Below, one piece after another: positions 1 to 8,870 of a stretch of 54,414 nt of DNA (positions within the stretch are counted from its first letter, which is position 1; each line of letters begins with the position of its first letter). The position numbers and the translations under genes are program-made. Source of the stretch: an uncultured Micavibrio sp. GTDB lineage: Bacteria > Pseudomonadota > Alphaproteobacteria > Micavibrionales > Micavibrionaceae. Location: NCBI GenBank assembly GCA_964473655.1, contig CAYYPX010000001.1:1-54414 (forward strand), in the 5' to 3' direction. The notes below the pieces were generated by a model. That model saw only the letters and a list, made by a program, of their open reading frames with translations, was not told the DNA's origin and did not search any database.

Positions 1-1990
1 AACCCGAAGAAGTAAAGGAACCCGGATTGAATGCGTAATGACCCGGAACGTCTGCGCCAAAGTTTGCATCCAACTTGCCTGTTTCGATGGCTGGGCCACC
101 TGTCAGGTTTGTTTCGTCAACGATCTCCAGACCTTTGTCTGGTTTCGGACCGCAACCGCAAGATTGGAAGTCCGGACCATCATCAACGATGTGGATGATG
201 ATCGGGGCTGTTTGTGAGTCACCGTCGTAATCGATGATTTTCGCGCCGAAGCTCAGCGTGATTTCATCGTTCGGGTTGGAATTGTCTGCGTGATCAAGAT
301 TTTTGAACTGCGTGTATGTGTACGCGCCTGTCAGTGGATCGATCACCAGAGTGAATACTGTCACGCCGTTGGCTTTACCTTCGTACCCTGTTGCTGTCGA
401 AGAAACGACAACTGGAATACCGTTCGTCGTCAGAACGCCGTTCTTCAACGAACCGCCCGGTGTGAACGCGCCTGTTGTTTCAACTTTACCCGCGCCGTCT
501 TGACCGTAATCAAGTGTCAGGTTGCCGGATGTGGAGATCGACGTTGCTGGATCGAAATCTGTTTCGTCAACAAAGCCTGTGCTTCCGCCGATGCTTGGTG
601 CATCGTCGGCGATTGTTACAATAACGGTCGTACTGATTGCATCGCCATCGCCGTCTTTCGCAACGATACCGAATGTCAGGTTTATTTCATCGTTTGGATT
701 GCTGCCGTCGGCATGATCCAATTGTTCGAATTGCGTGAATGTGTATTCGCCAGTCACTGAATTGAGGACGAGTTCGAACACTTTAACGCCGCCTGCCATA
801 CCGACATAGTTGTTGCCGACAACGGAAACCGAAACTGGTACGCCGTTCGAAGAAAGAACGCCGCCTGTTTGCGAGCCGTTGGATGTGAACACACCGTTCG
901 GGTTAATGCCGCCGGGGCCGTCCGCACCGAAGTTAACATTGATAACGCCGGATCTGGAGATCGGGCCGCCGGACAAAGCTGTCTCGTCGATATATTCCGT
1001 ACCCGGCAAGATACCGAGTGGTACGTTTTTCGGAGGAGTGCCCGGTGTACCCGGATCGAAGAACTGAGATGGCGTCAGGATCGGCGCGCGGTAGCCCAAC
1101 TGTGTTGGGTCGATTGGGCCGATGTCTGGATTCGTTGTGAATGGATCGCTGCCCGGACGGCTGTTAAAACCATAACCGGAATTCGAACGACCACCAGCAG
1201 GTGCGCCAGCGGCAGTTTCGATTTGCGCGAGTTCTTCAGCAGATGGCTCGCCAGCCGCTGGTTCGATTTTGGCAACCTTGTAACCAAGATCCGTCTTATT
1301 GCCCGGACCGATATCTTCTTTGCCTTCCATGTCGGCATCGGCGATTTTGGATTTGCGTGCCGATGTTTCTTTTTCTTCTTCAACAACGATCACTTCTTCT
1401 TTGGCAGATGCCAATTGTTGAATGTTCGTCAAAAGTTCATCGCCTGTCACGATGCAAGTCTTGCTCGCAAGGCTCAGTTCCGGTGGCGTCTTGGAAGCCA
1501 TCGCTGTTTCGTAATTGTTGATGACGATTTTTCCGCCGTTCGCGAAATCAACGACCATCTTGCCGTCTTTTACGTTCGCGCCTTGCGTTTCCGTCAGGTC
1601 GAAATTCATCAGATATTTTTTGCCCGGCTCGAGCGTGATTTCTTCTTGCGTATTTGCCGCAGGAATGCCGATCTTTGTTATGCTTGCATCGGAGAGATTT
1701 GCAAGGGCGTCAGAATCGCCGCCAAGTGTATTGAAAAGAACTTTTGGATCTACTTGTGTGCCGTCAGACAGGGAGAGTGTATTTCCATTATCAACAAAAG
1801 TTTGGAAGTTGGTCAGCGTAACGCTACCGCCTTCAACGAAGCTGATGACCAATCCACCATTCGGATCGAGCTTCAAACCGTTAATGTCTTCCGGACCAAA
1901 GGAGAGCTTTGCGGATTCGCTTTGCGGTAGGTCATAGTTGACCGAAGAATTTGCGCTTGGAACCGCAAGAATGATGTTGTTTTGTGCCAT
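1..1990 (-). CDS. Giant repeat adhesin, N-terminal part (T1SS-143-type repeat protein); partial, continues beyond the left edge
   Basis: Not in the supplied ORF track because it runs off the window. Reading the reverse complement from ATG at complement(1988..1990), with GGAGAG 7 nt upstream, the frame stays open to position 1: MAQNNIILAVPSANSSVNYDLPQSESAKLSFGPEDINGLKLDPNGG... Two repeat units lie about 430 nt (~143 aa) apart. Each carries ...VF.LV....TG.YT.TQF..LDHAD.SNPNDEI.L.FG....D.DGD......I....DD.P, the signature I associate with T1SS-143 repeats. The plus-strand ORFs listed here are Cys/Arg-rich antisense shadows. Confidence 0.8.
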   Translation of the reverse strand, partial: MAQNNIILAVPSANSSVNYDLPQSESAKLSFGPEDINGLKLDPNGGLVISFVEGGSVTLTNFQTFVDNGNTLSLSDGTQVDPKVLFNTLGGDSDALANLSDASITKIGIPAANTQEEITLEPGKKYLMNFDLTETQGANVKDGKMVVDFANGGKIVINNYETAMASKTPPELSLASKTCIVTGDELLTNIQQLASAKEEVIVVEEEKETSARKSKIADADMEGKEDIGPGNKTDLGYKVAKIEPAAGEPSAEELAQIETAAGAPAGGRSNSGYGFNSRPGSDPFTTNPDIGPIDPTQLGYRAPILTPSQFFDPGTPGTPPKNVPLGILPGTEYIDETALSGGPISRSGVINVNFGADGPGGINPNGVFTSNGSQTGGVLSSNGVPVSVSVVGNNYVGMAGGVKVFELVLNSVTGEYTFTQFEQLDHADGSNPNDEINLTFGIVAKDGDGDAISTTVIVTIADDAPSIGGSTGFVDETDFDPATSISTSGNLTLDYGQDGAGKVETTGAFTPGGSLKNGVLTTNGIPVVVSSTATGYEGKANGVTVFTLVIDPLTGAYTYTQFKNLDHADNSNPNDEITLSFGAKIIDYDGDSQTAPIIIHIVDDGPDFQSCGCGPKPDKGLEIVDETNLTGGPAIETGKLDANFGADVPGHYAFNPGSFTSSG

Positions 1991-2174
1991 ATTTCTACTC
2001 TCCTAAAGTAAATCAAAAATCGGACTAATTGCTGACGGCAAGATCCGAATAGTTAACAGTTTCCTAACATGAATGCCAAGTTTTTACCCTCATTGAAGGA
2101 AAAAGTCAAATGTTATGTTAATTCTATTTTAAGTTCTTTTATATTAGATAACCCTAATTGTTAAACTCCTGAAA

Positions 2175-3668
2175 TCAGGCCAAAAGCCGATACTTGATGT
2201 TCGTATACTCGGACATACCATACTGGCCACCCTCTCTGCCAATTCCCGATTCCTTGATCCCGCCGAACGGGGCAAGGTCCGTGGCTAGTAATGGTTCGTT
2301 CACGGCAACCATCCCATATTGAAGCCTGTCGCTGACCCGCCAGATCTGGGCGTGGTCCTGACTATATATATAAGAGGAGAGGCTATATTGGGTGTCGTTG
2401 GCACGATTAACCACCTCATCCTCCGATTCAAAGCTATAAAGTGCCGCCACTGGGCCAAAGATTTCCTCACGGGCTATGGCCGAATCGTCGGGAATATTTT
2501 GCAAAAGCGTAGGTTCGAAGAACGTCCCACCCAGCGCGTGGCGCGCACCGCCATGCAGGATTTCTGCGCCTTTTTCCTTCGCTTCGATCAGCATTTTTTC
2601 AATCTTTTCAATGGCTTTGCTATTTATGAGTGGACCTATCGTGACGTCTTTTTCCCATCCGGGACCGACTTTTAAGGATTTGATTTTCTTTAAGAATATA
2701 GCCGAAAACAGGTTAAAAACATCTTTATGAATATAGATTCGATTGGCGCAAATGCAGGTCTGGCCGGCATTGCGGAATTTGGACGCAATCGCCCCCTCCG
2801 CCGCCTTTTCAAGGTCCGCTGATGGAAAAACGATAAAGGGTGCATTCCCGCCAAGCTCGAGCGATATCTTTTGGATATGTCCTGCGGCCTGAGCCATCAG
2901 TTTCTTGCCAACGCTCGTAGATCCCGTGAAGGATATCTTTCGTACGCGTACGTCCGAGGTCAGTATTTCCCCAATTTCCGAAGGATTTGCAGACGTCACG
3001 ATGTTCAGAGCCCCTGAAGGTACGCCTGCTTGCATGGCAAGGTCGGCCAGTGCCAACGCACAAAGAGGCGTCGATTCTGCCGGTTTTAAAACAACCGTAC
3101 ACCCCGCCGCCAGCGCAGGCCCGACTTTGCGGGTGATCATGCTGACGGGGAAATTCCAAGGCGTAATGGCACCGACGACCCCCACAGGATGACGGCTGAT
3201 GACAATCTTGGTGCCGGCCTTCGGCCCTTCGATAAATTCACCATACGTACGGCGGCCTTCTTCGGCGCACCATTGGATTGTGGCGGCCGCCGCCACAACT
3301 TCACTCTTTGCCTCTTTCAAAGGCTTGCCCTGCTCGCAAGTCATGAGAAGTGCGAGATCATCCGCCTTCGCTTCGATCAGTTGCGACCATTTCGTAAGAA
3401 TCTTCGCGCGCTCGGCAGGAAGGATCGCGCTCCATACATCGAACGCTTTTTCGGCGGCATCGATCGCATCACGTACGTCTGCCGCTTTCATATCTGGAAC
3501 GGTCGTAATTTCGGAAAGATCAACAGGGTTGGTAACAGGGAAGCCCACCTTGTCGCGCGCCTCAACCCATTTGCCGCCTATCAACGCACGGCTCTTTACG
3601 ATTTCATCGTTTGGTTTCATCATAGCCCCGATGTTACTCTGAACTCTGTTTGCCTTCTGGTTGTTCAT
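2175..3668 (-). CDS. gabD: NAD(P)+-dependent succinate-semialdehyde dehydrogenase (aldehyde dehydrogenase family)
   Basis: Aldehyde dehydrogenase motifs SLELGGNAPFIVF and FRNAGQTCICANR (catalytic Cys). Overall GabD-like: ALIGGKWVEA...PVTNP. The track ORF starts at 3737. I prefer ATG at complement(3666..3668) (MNNQKAN..., AGGGGGA about 8 nt upstream). An MMKPNDE start at 3623 is also possible. Confidence 0.8.
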   Translation of the reverse strand: MNNQKANRVQSNIGAMMKPNDEIVKSRALIGGKWVEARDKVGFPVTNPVDLSEITTVPDMKAADVRDAIDAAEKAFDVWSAILPAERAKILTKWSQLIEAKADDLALLMTCEQGKPLKEAKSEVVAAAATIQWCAEEGRRTYGEFIEGPKAGTKIVISRHPVGVVGAITPWNFPVSMITRKVGPALAAGCTVVLKPAESTPLCALALADLAMQAGVPSGALNIVTSANPSEIGEILTSDVRVRKISFTGSTSVGKKLMAQAAGHIQKISLELGGNAPFIVFPSADLEKAAEGAIASKFRNAGQTCICANRIYIHKDVFNLFSAIFLKKIKSLKVGPGWEKDVTIGPLINSKAIEKIEKMLIEAKEKGAEILHGGARHALGGTFFEPTLLQNIPDDSAIAREEIFGPVAALYSFESEDEVVNRANDTQYSLSSYIYSQDHAQIWRVSDRLQYGMVAVNEPLLATDLAPFGGIKESGIGREGGQYGMSEYTNIKYRLLA

Positions 3669-3709
3669 AAACCATGTCCCCCTTGCAACGTCCATAGGAA
3701 AGTGTCCCG

Positions 3710-4204
3710 ATGAAAACGATCGAAGCAATAACGTCAAACAAGGTTTTTTCGTTCCTTGTCATCGCAATCATGTTGCAAATAATCGGCGGTACGATTGGGT
3801 GGGCGACGCAAAGCGGCGTTGATAATTGGTACGATACACTGAATCGCTCCCCATTTACGCCTCCCAATGCAACATTCGGAATCGTTTGGTCTCTACTTTA
3901 TCTCATGTTGGCTTATGTATTCTGGACAATCTGGCACTCGCGCCCGAAAGACCGGATGCGTAATATCATCATCGATCTTTTTATCGTGCACATGGTTGTG
4001 AATTGGAGCTGGAGCATCGTGTTCTTCCAATTTCATTACGTTGCGCTCGCCCTTTACATCATTCTTGTCATGATCCTGACCGCCGCAATGCTGGCATGGT
4101 TAGTGTGGAAGATGGATCCGAAAGCATCCATCGTGTTCGTGCCTTATATTGCGTGGCTTATTTTCGCAGGGCATCTGACGCATTTCATTATGCAGAACAA
4201 TTAA
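3710..4204 (+). CDS. tspO: TspO/MBR family tryptophan-rich sensory protein
   Basis: 164-aa protein with 5 TM segments and typical W-rich TspO motifs (GWATQSGVDNWYDTLNRSPFTPPNATFGIVWSLLY, NWSWSIVFF). Confidence 0.85.
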   Translation: MKTIEAITSNKVFSFLVIAIMLQIIGGTIGWATQSGVDNWYDTLNRSPFTPPNATFGIVWSLLYLMLAYVFWTIWHSRPKDRMRNIIIDLFIVHMVVNWSWSIVFFQFHYVALALYIILVMILTAAMLAWLVWKMDPKASIVFVPYIAWLIFAGHLTHFIMQNN

Positions 4205-4234
4205 TTCAAAGAATCCAACAAGATAAAATTATTT

Positions 4235-4259
4235 GGAACTGGAGCCTCGCCGCTTCGTT
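4235..4259 (+). promoter_or_regulatory. EcfG-type (alphaproteobacterial general stress response sigma factor) promoter candidate for csbD
   Basis: GGAAC (4235-4239), a 16-nt spacer, then CGTT (4256-4259), 43 nt upstream of the csbD ATG. This matches the published GGAAC-N16/17-CGTT consensus. Confidence 0.55.
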
Positions 4260-4301
4260 GGTAGAGCATCATTCGTCCATTTAACAAAAAGGAGATAGAC
4301 A

Positions 4302-4490
4302 ATGGGTAGCACATCCGACAAAGCATCTGGCCTGTACAATGAAGGCATGGGCAAAGCAAAACAAAGCGTTGGCCGCATGACCGACAATGCATCGCTGCAG
4401 GGTGAAGGCGTTGCGCAAGAAGCCAAAGGCAAAGCACAGAAGTTTTCAGGCAAAGCCAAGGAAACAATCAAGAAAGCTGCCGATCTCTAA
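4302..4490 (+). CDS. CsbD family general stress protein
   Basis: 62 aa, with the KAxGxxxExxGKAK repeats typical of CsbD ([43 protein letters not shown]). AAGGAGA RBS 7 nt upstream. Confidence 0.85.
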   Translation: MGSTSDKASGLYNEGMGKAKQSVGRMTDNASLQGEGVAQEAKGKAQKFSGKAKETIKKAADL

Positions 4491-4510
4491 GATTTGCGAG
4501 AAGCAAAATA

Positions 4511-4532
4511 AAACCCGCCAATCGGCGGGTTT
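4511..4532. terminator. Bidirectional intrinsic terminator between convergent csbD and serA
   Basis: Stem AAACCCGCC (4511-4519), loop AATC, stem GGCGGGTTT (4524-4532). It is flanked by an A-run upstream and a T-run downstream. Confidence 0.7.
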
Positions 4533-4540
4533 TATTTTTT

Positions 4541-4555
4541 GGGCGCAATGCGCCC
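4541..4555. repeat. Palindromic 15-mer GGGCGCAATGCGCCC, copy 1 (second copy at 6300-6314)
   Basis: The exact 15-nt hairpin-forming sequence occurs on both sides of serA in the same orientation. Confidence 0.6.
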
Positions 4556-4584
4556 GTTGATAACTCATCATAACATAAATCGCG

Positions 4585-6168
4585 TCAGAATGTAAGTCTT
4601 TTCGCCGTCTTGACTTGCGGCAGGTTCGACACTTCGGTGAACAATGCATCAGACAATGGTGCATCGAGCGTCACAAGACACACAGCGGAGTTACCATCTT
4701 CGGTACGACCGAGACGGAAGTCAGCGATGTTTTGTTTCGCATTGCCAAGAATTGTACCGAGGCCGCCGATCAGGCCCGGTTTGTCTTCATTGCGGATCAG
4801 CAGCATATTTTTCGCGAGCGCAGCTTCAAGTGGAACACCTTCGATGTTTACGATGCGTGGTTCGCGGCCCGTGAAGAGTGTTCCCGAAATCGTGCGCTTG
4901 CCTTTTTCGGTTTCGACCGTCACAGCGATGAGCGAGCGATGTTCTTTCGATGTGGCCGAGCGGCTCTCGCTCACTTGCACACCACGACTTTCGGCGATCG
5001 TCATGGCGTTGACCATGTTGACCGTGTCCATTTGTGCCTTGAGCAGATTTGCAACGACGACTTGCACGAGCGGTTTTACGTTCAGCTCCGTCACCGTTCC
5101 TTCGAATGAGATATCGACACGCTTGATCGGCTCTTCCGTGATCTGGCCCGCGAGGGAGCCGAGCTGCTCTGCTAGTTTCATGTAGTAGCGCAGACGCGGC
5201 GCATCTTCCGCCGAAATAGACGGCGTATTCAGCGCGTTCGTTACCGCACCGGTCATTAGGTAATCGGCGATTTGTTCCGCCACCTGAATGGCGACATTGA
5301 CTTGCGCCTCATCCGTCGACGCACCAAGGTGCGGCGTGCAGATGATTTTTTCGTGCCCCAAGAGCGGCGTCGTGTCTTTCGTCGCTGGTTCCACATCGAA
5401 CACATCGAGTGCCGCGCCGCCGACTTTGCCACTGTCGAGCGCGTCTTTCAGGTCAGCCTCGACGATCAGTCCGCCACGCGCACAGTTAATGATGCGCACG
5501 CCTTTTTTCATTTTGGCGATGGAGTCTTTGTTGATGATGCCTTTCGTCTTTTCGTTCTTCGGCACGTGCAGTGTGATAAAGTCTGCCTCCGTGAACAATT
5601 GATCAAGTTCGACTTTCTTCACACCCAATTCAACTGCCTTTTCGTCCGATAAGAACGGATCGTAGGCCACAACGTTCATCTTCAAACCAATCGCGCGGTC
5701 GGCCACGATAGAGCCAATGTTGCCGCATCCGATAAGCCCGAGCGTTTTGTTGTAAAGTTCAACACCCATGAATTTGTTCTTTTCCCATTTGCCAAGATGG
5801 GTGGATTCTGACGCTTGCGGAATGTCTCGTGCAAGCGCGAACATCATCGCGATTGCGTGTTCCGCCGTGGTGATGGAGTTGCCGAACGGTGTGTTCATGA
5901 CGATCACGCCCGCCGCCGTTGCCGCCTTGATGTCCACATTGTCCACGCCGATGCCAGCGCGGCCAACCACTTTGAGGTTCTTTGCGGCTTCGATGATTTC
6001 GGGCGTCACTGTGGTGGATGAACGGATGGCGAGGCCATCGTATTCGCCAATGATGGCTTTGAGTTCGTCTGGTTTCAGGCCTGTTTTGACATCCACCTCT
6101 ACGCCACGCGCGCGGAAAATGTCTTCGGCCAGTTTGTTCATTTTGTCGGATATAAGGACTTTGGGCAT
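4585..6168 (-). CDS. serA: D-3-phosphoglycerate dehydrogenase (long form with C-terminal regulatory domain)
   Basis: MPKVLISDK... from ATG at complement(6166..6168), with AGGAG upstream. NAD-binding GLIGCGNIGS and the 2-hydroxyacid dehydrogenase core; about 527 aa, as for long-form SerA. The track ORF begins 15 codons earlier. Confidence 0.9.
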   Translation of the reverse strand: MPKVLISDKMNKLAEDIFRARGVEVDVKTGLKPDELKAIIGEYDGLAIRSSTTVTPEIIEAAKNLKVVGRAGIGVDNVDIKAATAAGVIVMNTPFGNSITTAEHAIAMMFALARDIPQASESTHLGKWEKNKFMGVELYNKTLGLIGCGNIGSIVADRAIGLKMNVVAYDPFLSDEKAVELGVKKVELDQLFTEADFITLHVPKNEKTKGIINKDSIAKMKKGVRIINCARGGLIVEADLKDALDSGKVGGAALDVFDVEPATKDTTPLLGHEKIICTPHLGASTDEAQVNVAIQVAEQIADYLMTGAVTNALNTPSISAEDAPRLRYYMKLAEQLGSLAGQITEEPIKRVDISFEGTVTELNVKPLVQVVVANLLKAQMDTVNMVNAMTIAESRGVQVSESRSATSKEHRSLIAVTVETEKGKRTISGTLFTGREPRIVNIEGVPLEAALAKNMLLIRNEDKPGLIGGLGTILGNAKQNIADFRLGRTEDGNSAVCLVTLDAPLSDALFTEVSNLPQVKTAKRLTF

Positions 6169-6258
6169 TTGGTAACTCCTGATTTTGTCTTGTTCGGGAA
6201 AACAGGCCGTCAACGTAGCAGTTTGCTTTATAGAAGAAAAGCTACGTCCAAAAAACTA

Positions 6259-6287
6259 TTGACATTTTTCTAGGAATTAATTACTAT
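6259..6287 (+). promoter_or_regulatory. Sigma70-like promoter candidate (TTGACA-17 nt-TACTAT)
   Basis: TTGACA at 6259-6264, a 17-nt spacer, TACTAT at 6282-6287. It lies upstream of the 6349 gene and directly before the 6300-6314 hairpin. Confidence 0.35.
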
Positions 6288-6299
6288 CTTTTTATTCAA

Positions 6300-6314
6300 G
6301 GGCGCAATGCGCCC
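6300..6314. repeat. Palindromic 15-mer GGGCGCAATGCGCCC, copy 2, followed by a T-run
   Basis: Identical to 4541-4555. Here it is followed by TTTTTTATTTT on the plus strand, so it looks like a terminator, but no plus-strand CDS precedes it. Confidence 0.6.
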
Positions 6315-6348
6315 TTTTTTATTTTCCCAAAATCATAAGGATTAAACC

Positions 6349-6978
6349 ATGCCTATATTGAACGATATAGCCGCGCTCTTGCGCGCGCCTGTCGGCAATA
6401 ACCTTGAAAACCGACCAGAAGACGTAAAAAACGCCAAACGCAATTTCGCAAAACAAGGACGATATAAACGCCCGATCGAAAACGGAATCATCGATCAGGA
6501 ATTGGACGATGCCATTACGGGTTTTCAACGCGATCACAAACTAAAAGTCGACGGGATTATGAATCCCGGCGGCGAAACCGAGGCTATGCTGTTGAGTAAG
6601 ATTTTAAAGTTAGATGAAGAAAAATCCTCTAATAAAAATCAAACGGCAGGATATCAGCAAGCAAGCGCATTGCCTATAACAGCCCTACGCTTATTTGGCT
6701 TCGGTTTAGGCACAGCAGGAGCAATGGAATGGTGGAAAAATAATTCCACAGATCATCGCAATGATATGGTTAAAGGAATTGAGCGACAAAGAAACGGTAG
6801 AATAAGTAAAGAGGAAGAAGCACGATGCGATGAGCTTTTTAGTAAGCTTACAGACGTATGTAGCCGCGTAAAAGAAAGATATGGCGCAGAAGAAGCAGCT
6901 ATATGTCGAAAACAAGCATCAGAGGTTTATGCCGCATGTTTAGCAGGAAAACAGACTCTGCCACCATTTCATTATTGA
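6349..6978 (+). CDS. Hypothetical protein with an N-terminal peptidoglycan-binding-like domain, a hydrophobic segment and a Cys-containing C-terminal region
   Basis: AAGGA RBS. LDDAITGFQRDHKLKVDGIMNPGGETEAML resembles the PG_binding_1 motif. Hydrophobic ALPITALRLFGFGLGTAGAMEWW. The C-terminal 70 aa carry 4 Cys. Confidence 0.6.
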   Translation: MPILNDIAALLRAPVGNNLENRPEDVKNAKRNFAKQGRYKRPIENGIIDQELDDAITGFQRDHKLKVDGIMNPGGETEAMLLSKILKLDEEKSSNKNQTAGYQQASALPITALRLFGFGLGTAGAMEWWKNNSTDHRNDMVKGIERQRNGRISKEEEARCDELFSKLTDVCSRVKERYGAEEAAICRKQASEVYAACLAGKQTLPPFHY

Positions 6979-7286
6979 CGCAGGTCTCTCGCTTCCAACA
7001 TTAAGTCAGGATTATTATTAAAGAAAAAATTACCTTCACCAAAAGTATAGGCAAGCTCTACATTGGCTTTTTCTACAGCAATCAAAAATGCCTGCAAACT
7101 ATCTACGCCATATCCATATCTCATTCTCTCGTCGCCGTATCCTAAAATTTGGTATGGGCAAGCAATGCCCTTACCCGGTTCATCAAATATTTGACCAAAG
7201 ACAAGACGACATTCGAAATGTTCACCTTTTTCGGTAACAAAGGTAAGTTCACGTTCTGCAATGATGTTTTTGATGGTTTCGGACAT
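6972..7286 (-). CDS. Small hypothetical protein (about 104 aa)
   Basis: ORF with ATG at complement(7284..7286): MSETIKNIIAERELTFVTEKGEHFECRLVFGQIFDEPGKGIACPYQILGYGD... Its 3' end overlaps that of the convergent 6349-6978 gene by 7 nt. I could not confidently recognise a family. Confidence 0.5.
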   Translation of the reverse strand: MSETIKNIIAERELTFVTEKGEHFECRLVFGQIFDEPGKGIACPYQILGYGDERMRYGYGVDSLQAFLIAVEKANVELAYTFGEGNFFFNNNPDLMLEARDLRQ

Positions 7287-7333
7287 AGGTTTTATTCTAG
7301 TCTGACCGCCACGCGTTGGCAATCACCCAACAA

Positions 7334-7354
7334 AAAGGGGCCGATGGCCCCTTT
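7334..7354 (-). terminator. Intrinsic terminator after the 66-aa ORF
   Basis: AAAGGGGCC (7334-7342), loop GAT, GGCCCCTTT (7346-7354). On the minus strand the hairpin is followed by TTTTTG. Confidence 0.65.
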
Positions 7355-7356
7355 CT

Positions 7357-7557
7357 TTATTCACAATCTAATAAATCAAACGGATATGGCGCAACCGCTG
7401 GATTACGGCCTGCAGGCCTGTTCTTGGATTTGTCCATCCTGAGTTCAAGCATCTCCAAAAGTTTTGGATCGAAATCGGACTCTTTGAAGCGGTCTCTTTC
7501 TTTACGCTCGTTAAAAGCTTCCGTGGCAGTCAAAATTTTGGGAGGCATGTCTTTCAT
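7357..7557 (-). CDS. Small hypothetical protein (66 aa, charged)
   Basis: The ORF is bracketed by its own terminator (7334-7354) and by the serC terminator upstream. AGGAA-like RBS. No family recognised. Confidence 0.45.
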   Translation of the reverse strand: MKDMPPKILTATEAFNERKERDRFKESDFDPKLLEMLELRMDKSKNRPAGRNPAVAPYPFDLLDCE

Positions 7558-7603
7558 GGGTATTCGTTCCTTTCAAAGGTTGATGAATACCCGTCTTGCA
7601 AAA

Positions 7604-7630
7604 ATGCACCGTGGTAAGCCTACGGTGCAT
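7604..7630 (-). terminator. Intrinsic terminator of serC
   Basis: ATGCACCGT (7604-7612), a 9-nt loop, ACGGTGCAT (7622-7630). On the minus strand it is followed by TTTTTG. Confidence 0.65.
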
Positions 7631-7655
7631 TCTTTATTTCTTATTGTCAATTCGC

Positions 7656-8828
7656 TTAAGCGGCTTTCTTTTGTTCCTCGCCTTTCGCGGCGGCGTAAGC
7701 CCAATCAAGCCATGGCAGCAATGCTTCCATATCGGATGATTCCACCGTTGCGCCGCCCCAGATGCGGATGCCCGCAGGCGCATCGCGATAAGAGGCGATG
7801 TCATAAGCGACTTGTTCTTTATCCAATGGTTTCAACATGCCCTTGATGAAGGTTTGTTTTTCTTCATCACCCAAAGACGCGAACCATGGATCGGTGACTT
7901 TCAATGTAATCGATGTGCGGGAGCGAACCGCATCATCGGCGCAAAGGAAATCCGCCCAGTTGGATTTGGATGTCCATTTTGCAACAGCGGCCAAGTTTGA
8001 TTCCGAGCGTTTTTTCGTGGCATCGACGCCGCCGATTTGTTCAACCCATTTCAGCGCATCGAGGCAATCTTCCACCGCGAGCATCGATGGCGTGTTGATG
8101 GTTTCGCCTTTAAAAATTCCGTCGGCGAGTTTTCCGCCCTTCGTCATGCGGAAAATTTTCGGCAAAGCGCGATCCGGTTTAAAAGATTCCAGACGTTCCA
8201 CAGCACGCGGGCTTAGCACCAACATTCCGTGCGCGGCTTCACCGCCCAGAACTTTTTGCCAGCTCCACGTTGTCACATCCAATTTGTCCCACGGCATATC
8301 ATAGGCGAACACGGCAGAGGTTGCATCGCAGATGGTGATCCCTTTTCTATCCGCGGCGATCCAGTCGCCATTCGGTGATCTCACGCCCGACGTTGTGCCG
8401 TTCCATGTAAAGACAACATCGTTTTCTTTCGTGTTTACTTTCGAGAGGTCAGGAATTTCGCCGTAGGCGGCTTTGTGAATTGTCGCATCTTTCAATTTGA
8501 GCTGATCGGTCACATCCTTCGCCCAGTCCAGACCGAACGCTTCCCAATAGACCAGATCAACACCTCGCGCGCCGAGCATCGACCACATCGCCATTTCAAC
8601 CGCGCCGGTGTCTGATGCCGGTACAATCGCGACATGGAAATCATCCGGAATGCCGAGCAGTTTACGGTGACGATCGCAAACCTCGTTCAGCTTCGCCTTG
8701 CCCGTGGCGTGGCGGTGGGAACGGCCCAAAAACGCGCCCTGAAGTTGATCGAGGCTCCATCCCGGGCGCTTGGCGCAGGGTCCGGACGAAAAACACGGGT
8801 TTTTAGGCTTGGCGGTTGGCTTGTCCAT
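7656..8828 (-). CDS. serC: Phosphoserine aminotransferase (390-aa alphaproteobacterial type)
   Basis: [24 protein letters not shown]...; class-V aminotransferase fold; AAGGA RBS. This is the intact copy. Confidence 0.92.
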   Translation of the reverse strand: MDKPTAKPKNPCFSSGPCAKRPGWSLDQLQGAFLGRSHRHATGKAKLNEVCDRHRKLLGIPDDFHVAIVPASDTGAVEMAMWSMLGARGVDLVYWEAFGLDWAKDVTDQLKLKDATIHKAAYGEIPDLSKVNTKENDVVFTWNGTTSGVRSPNGDWIAADRKGITICDATSAVFAYDMPWDKLDVTTWSWQKVLGGEAAHGMLVLSPRAVERLESFKPDRALPKIFRMTKGGKLADGIFKGETINTPSMLAVEDCLDALKWVEQIGGVDATKKRSESNLAAVAKWTSKSNWADFLCADDAVRSRTSITLKVTDPWFASLGDEEKQTFIKGMLKPLDKEQVAYDIASYRDAPAGIRIWGGATVESSDMEALLPWLDWAYAAAKGEEQKKAA

Positions 8829-8870
8829 GGACTATATCCTTTAAGTGAATTTAGGAGCCAACATTACGCA

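Noticed and set aside
290-1937. Plus-strand track ORFs (156, 353, 140 aa and others) at the left end
   Set aside because: Their products are Cys/Arg/Phe-rich nonsense. They are antisense shadows of the continuous minus-strand adhesin CDS, which has an RBS, a start codon and 143-aa repeat periodicity.
2175-3737. Full 520-aa version of the aldehyde dehydrogenase ORF
   Set aside because: The first 23 codons would overlap the divergent tspO start region and have no similarity to GabD N-termini. An internal ATG at 3668 has a strong SD.
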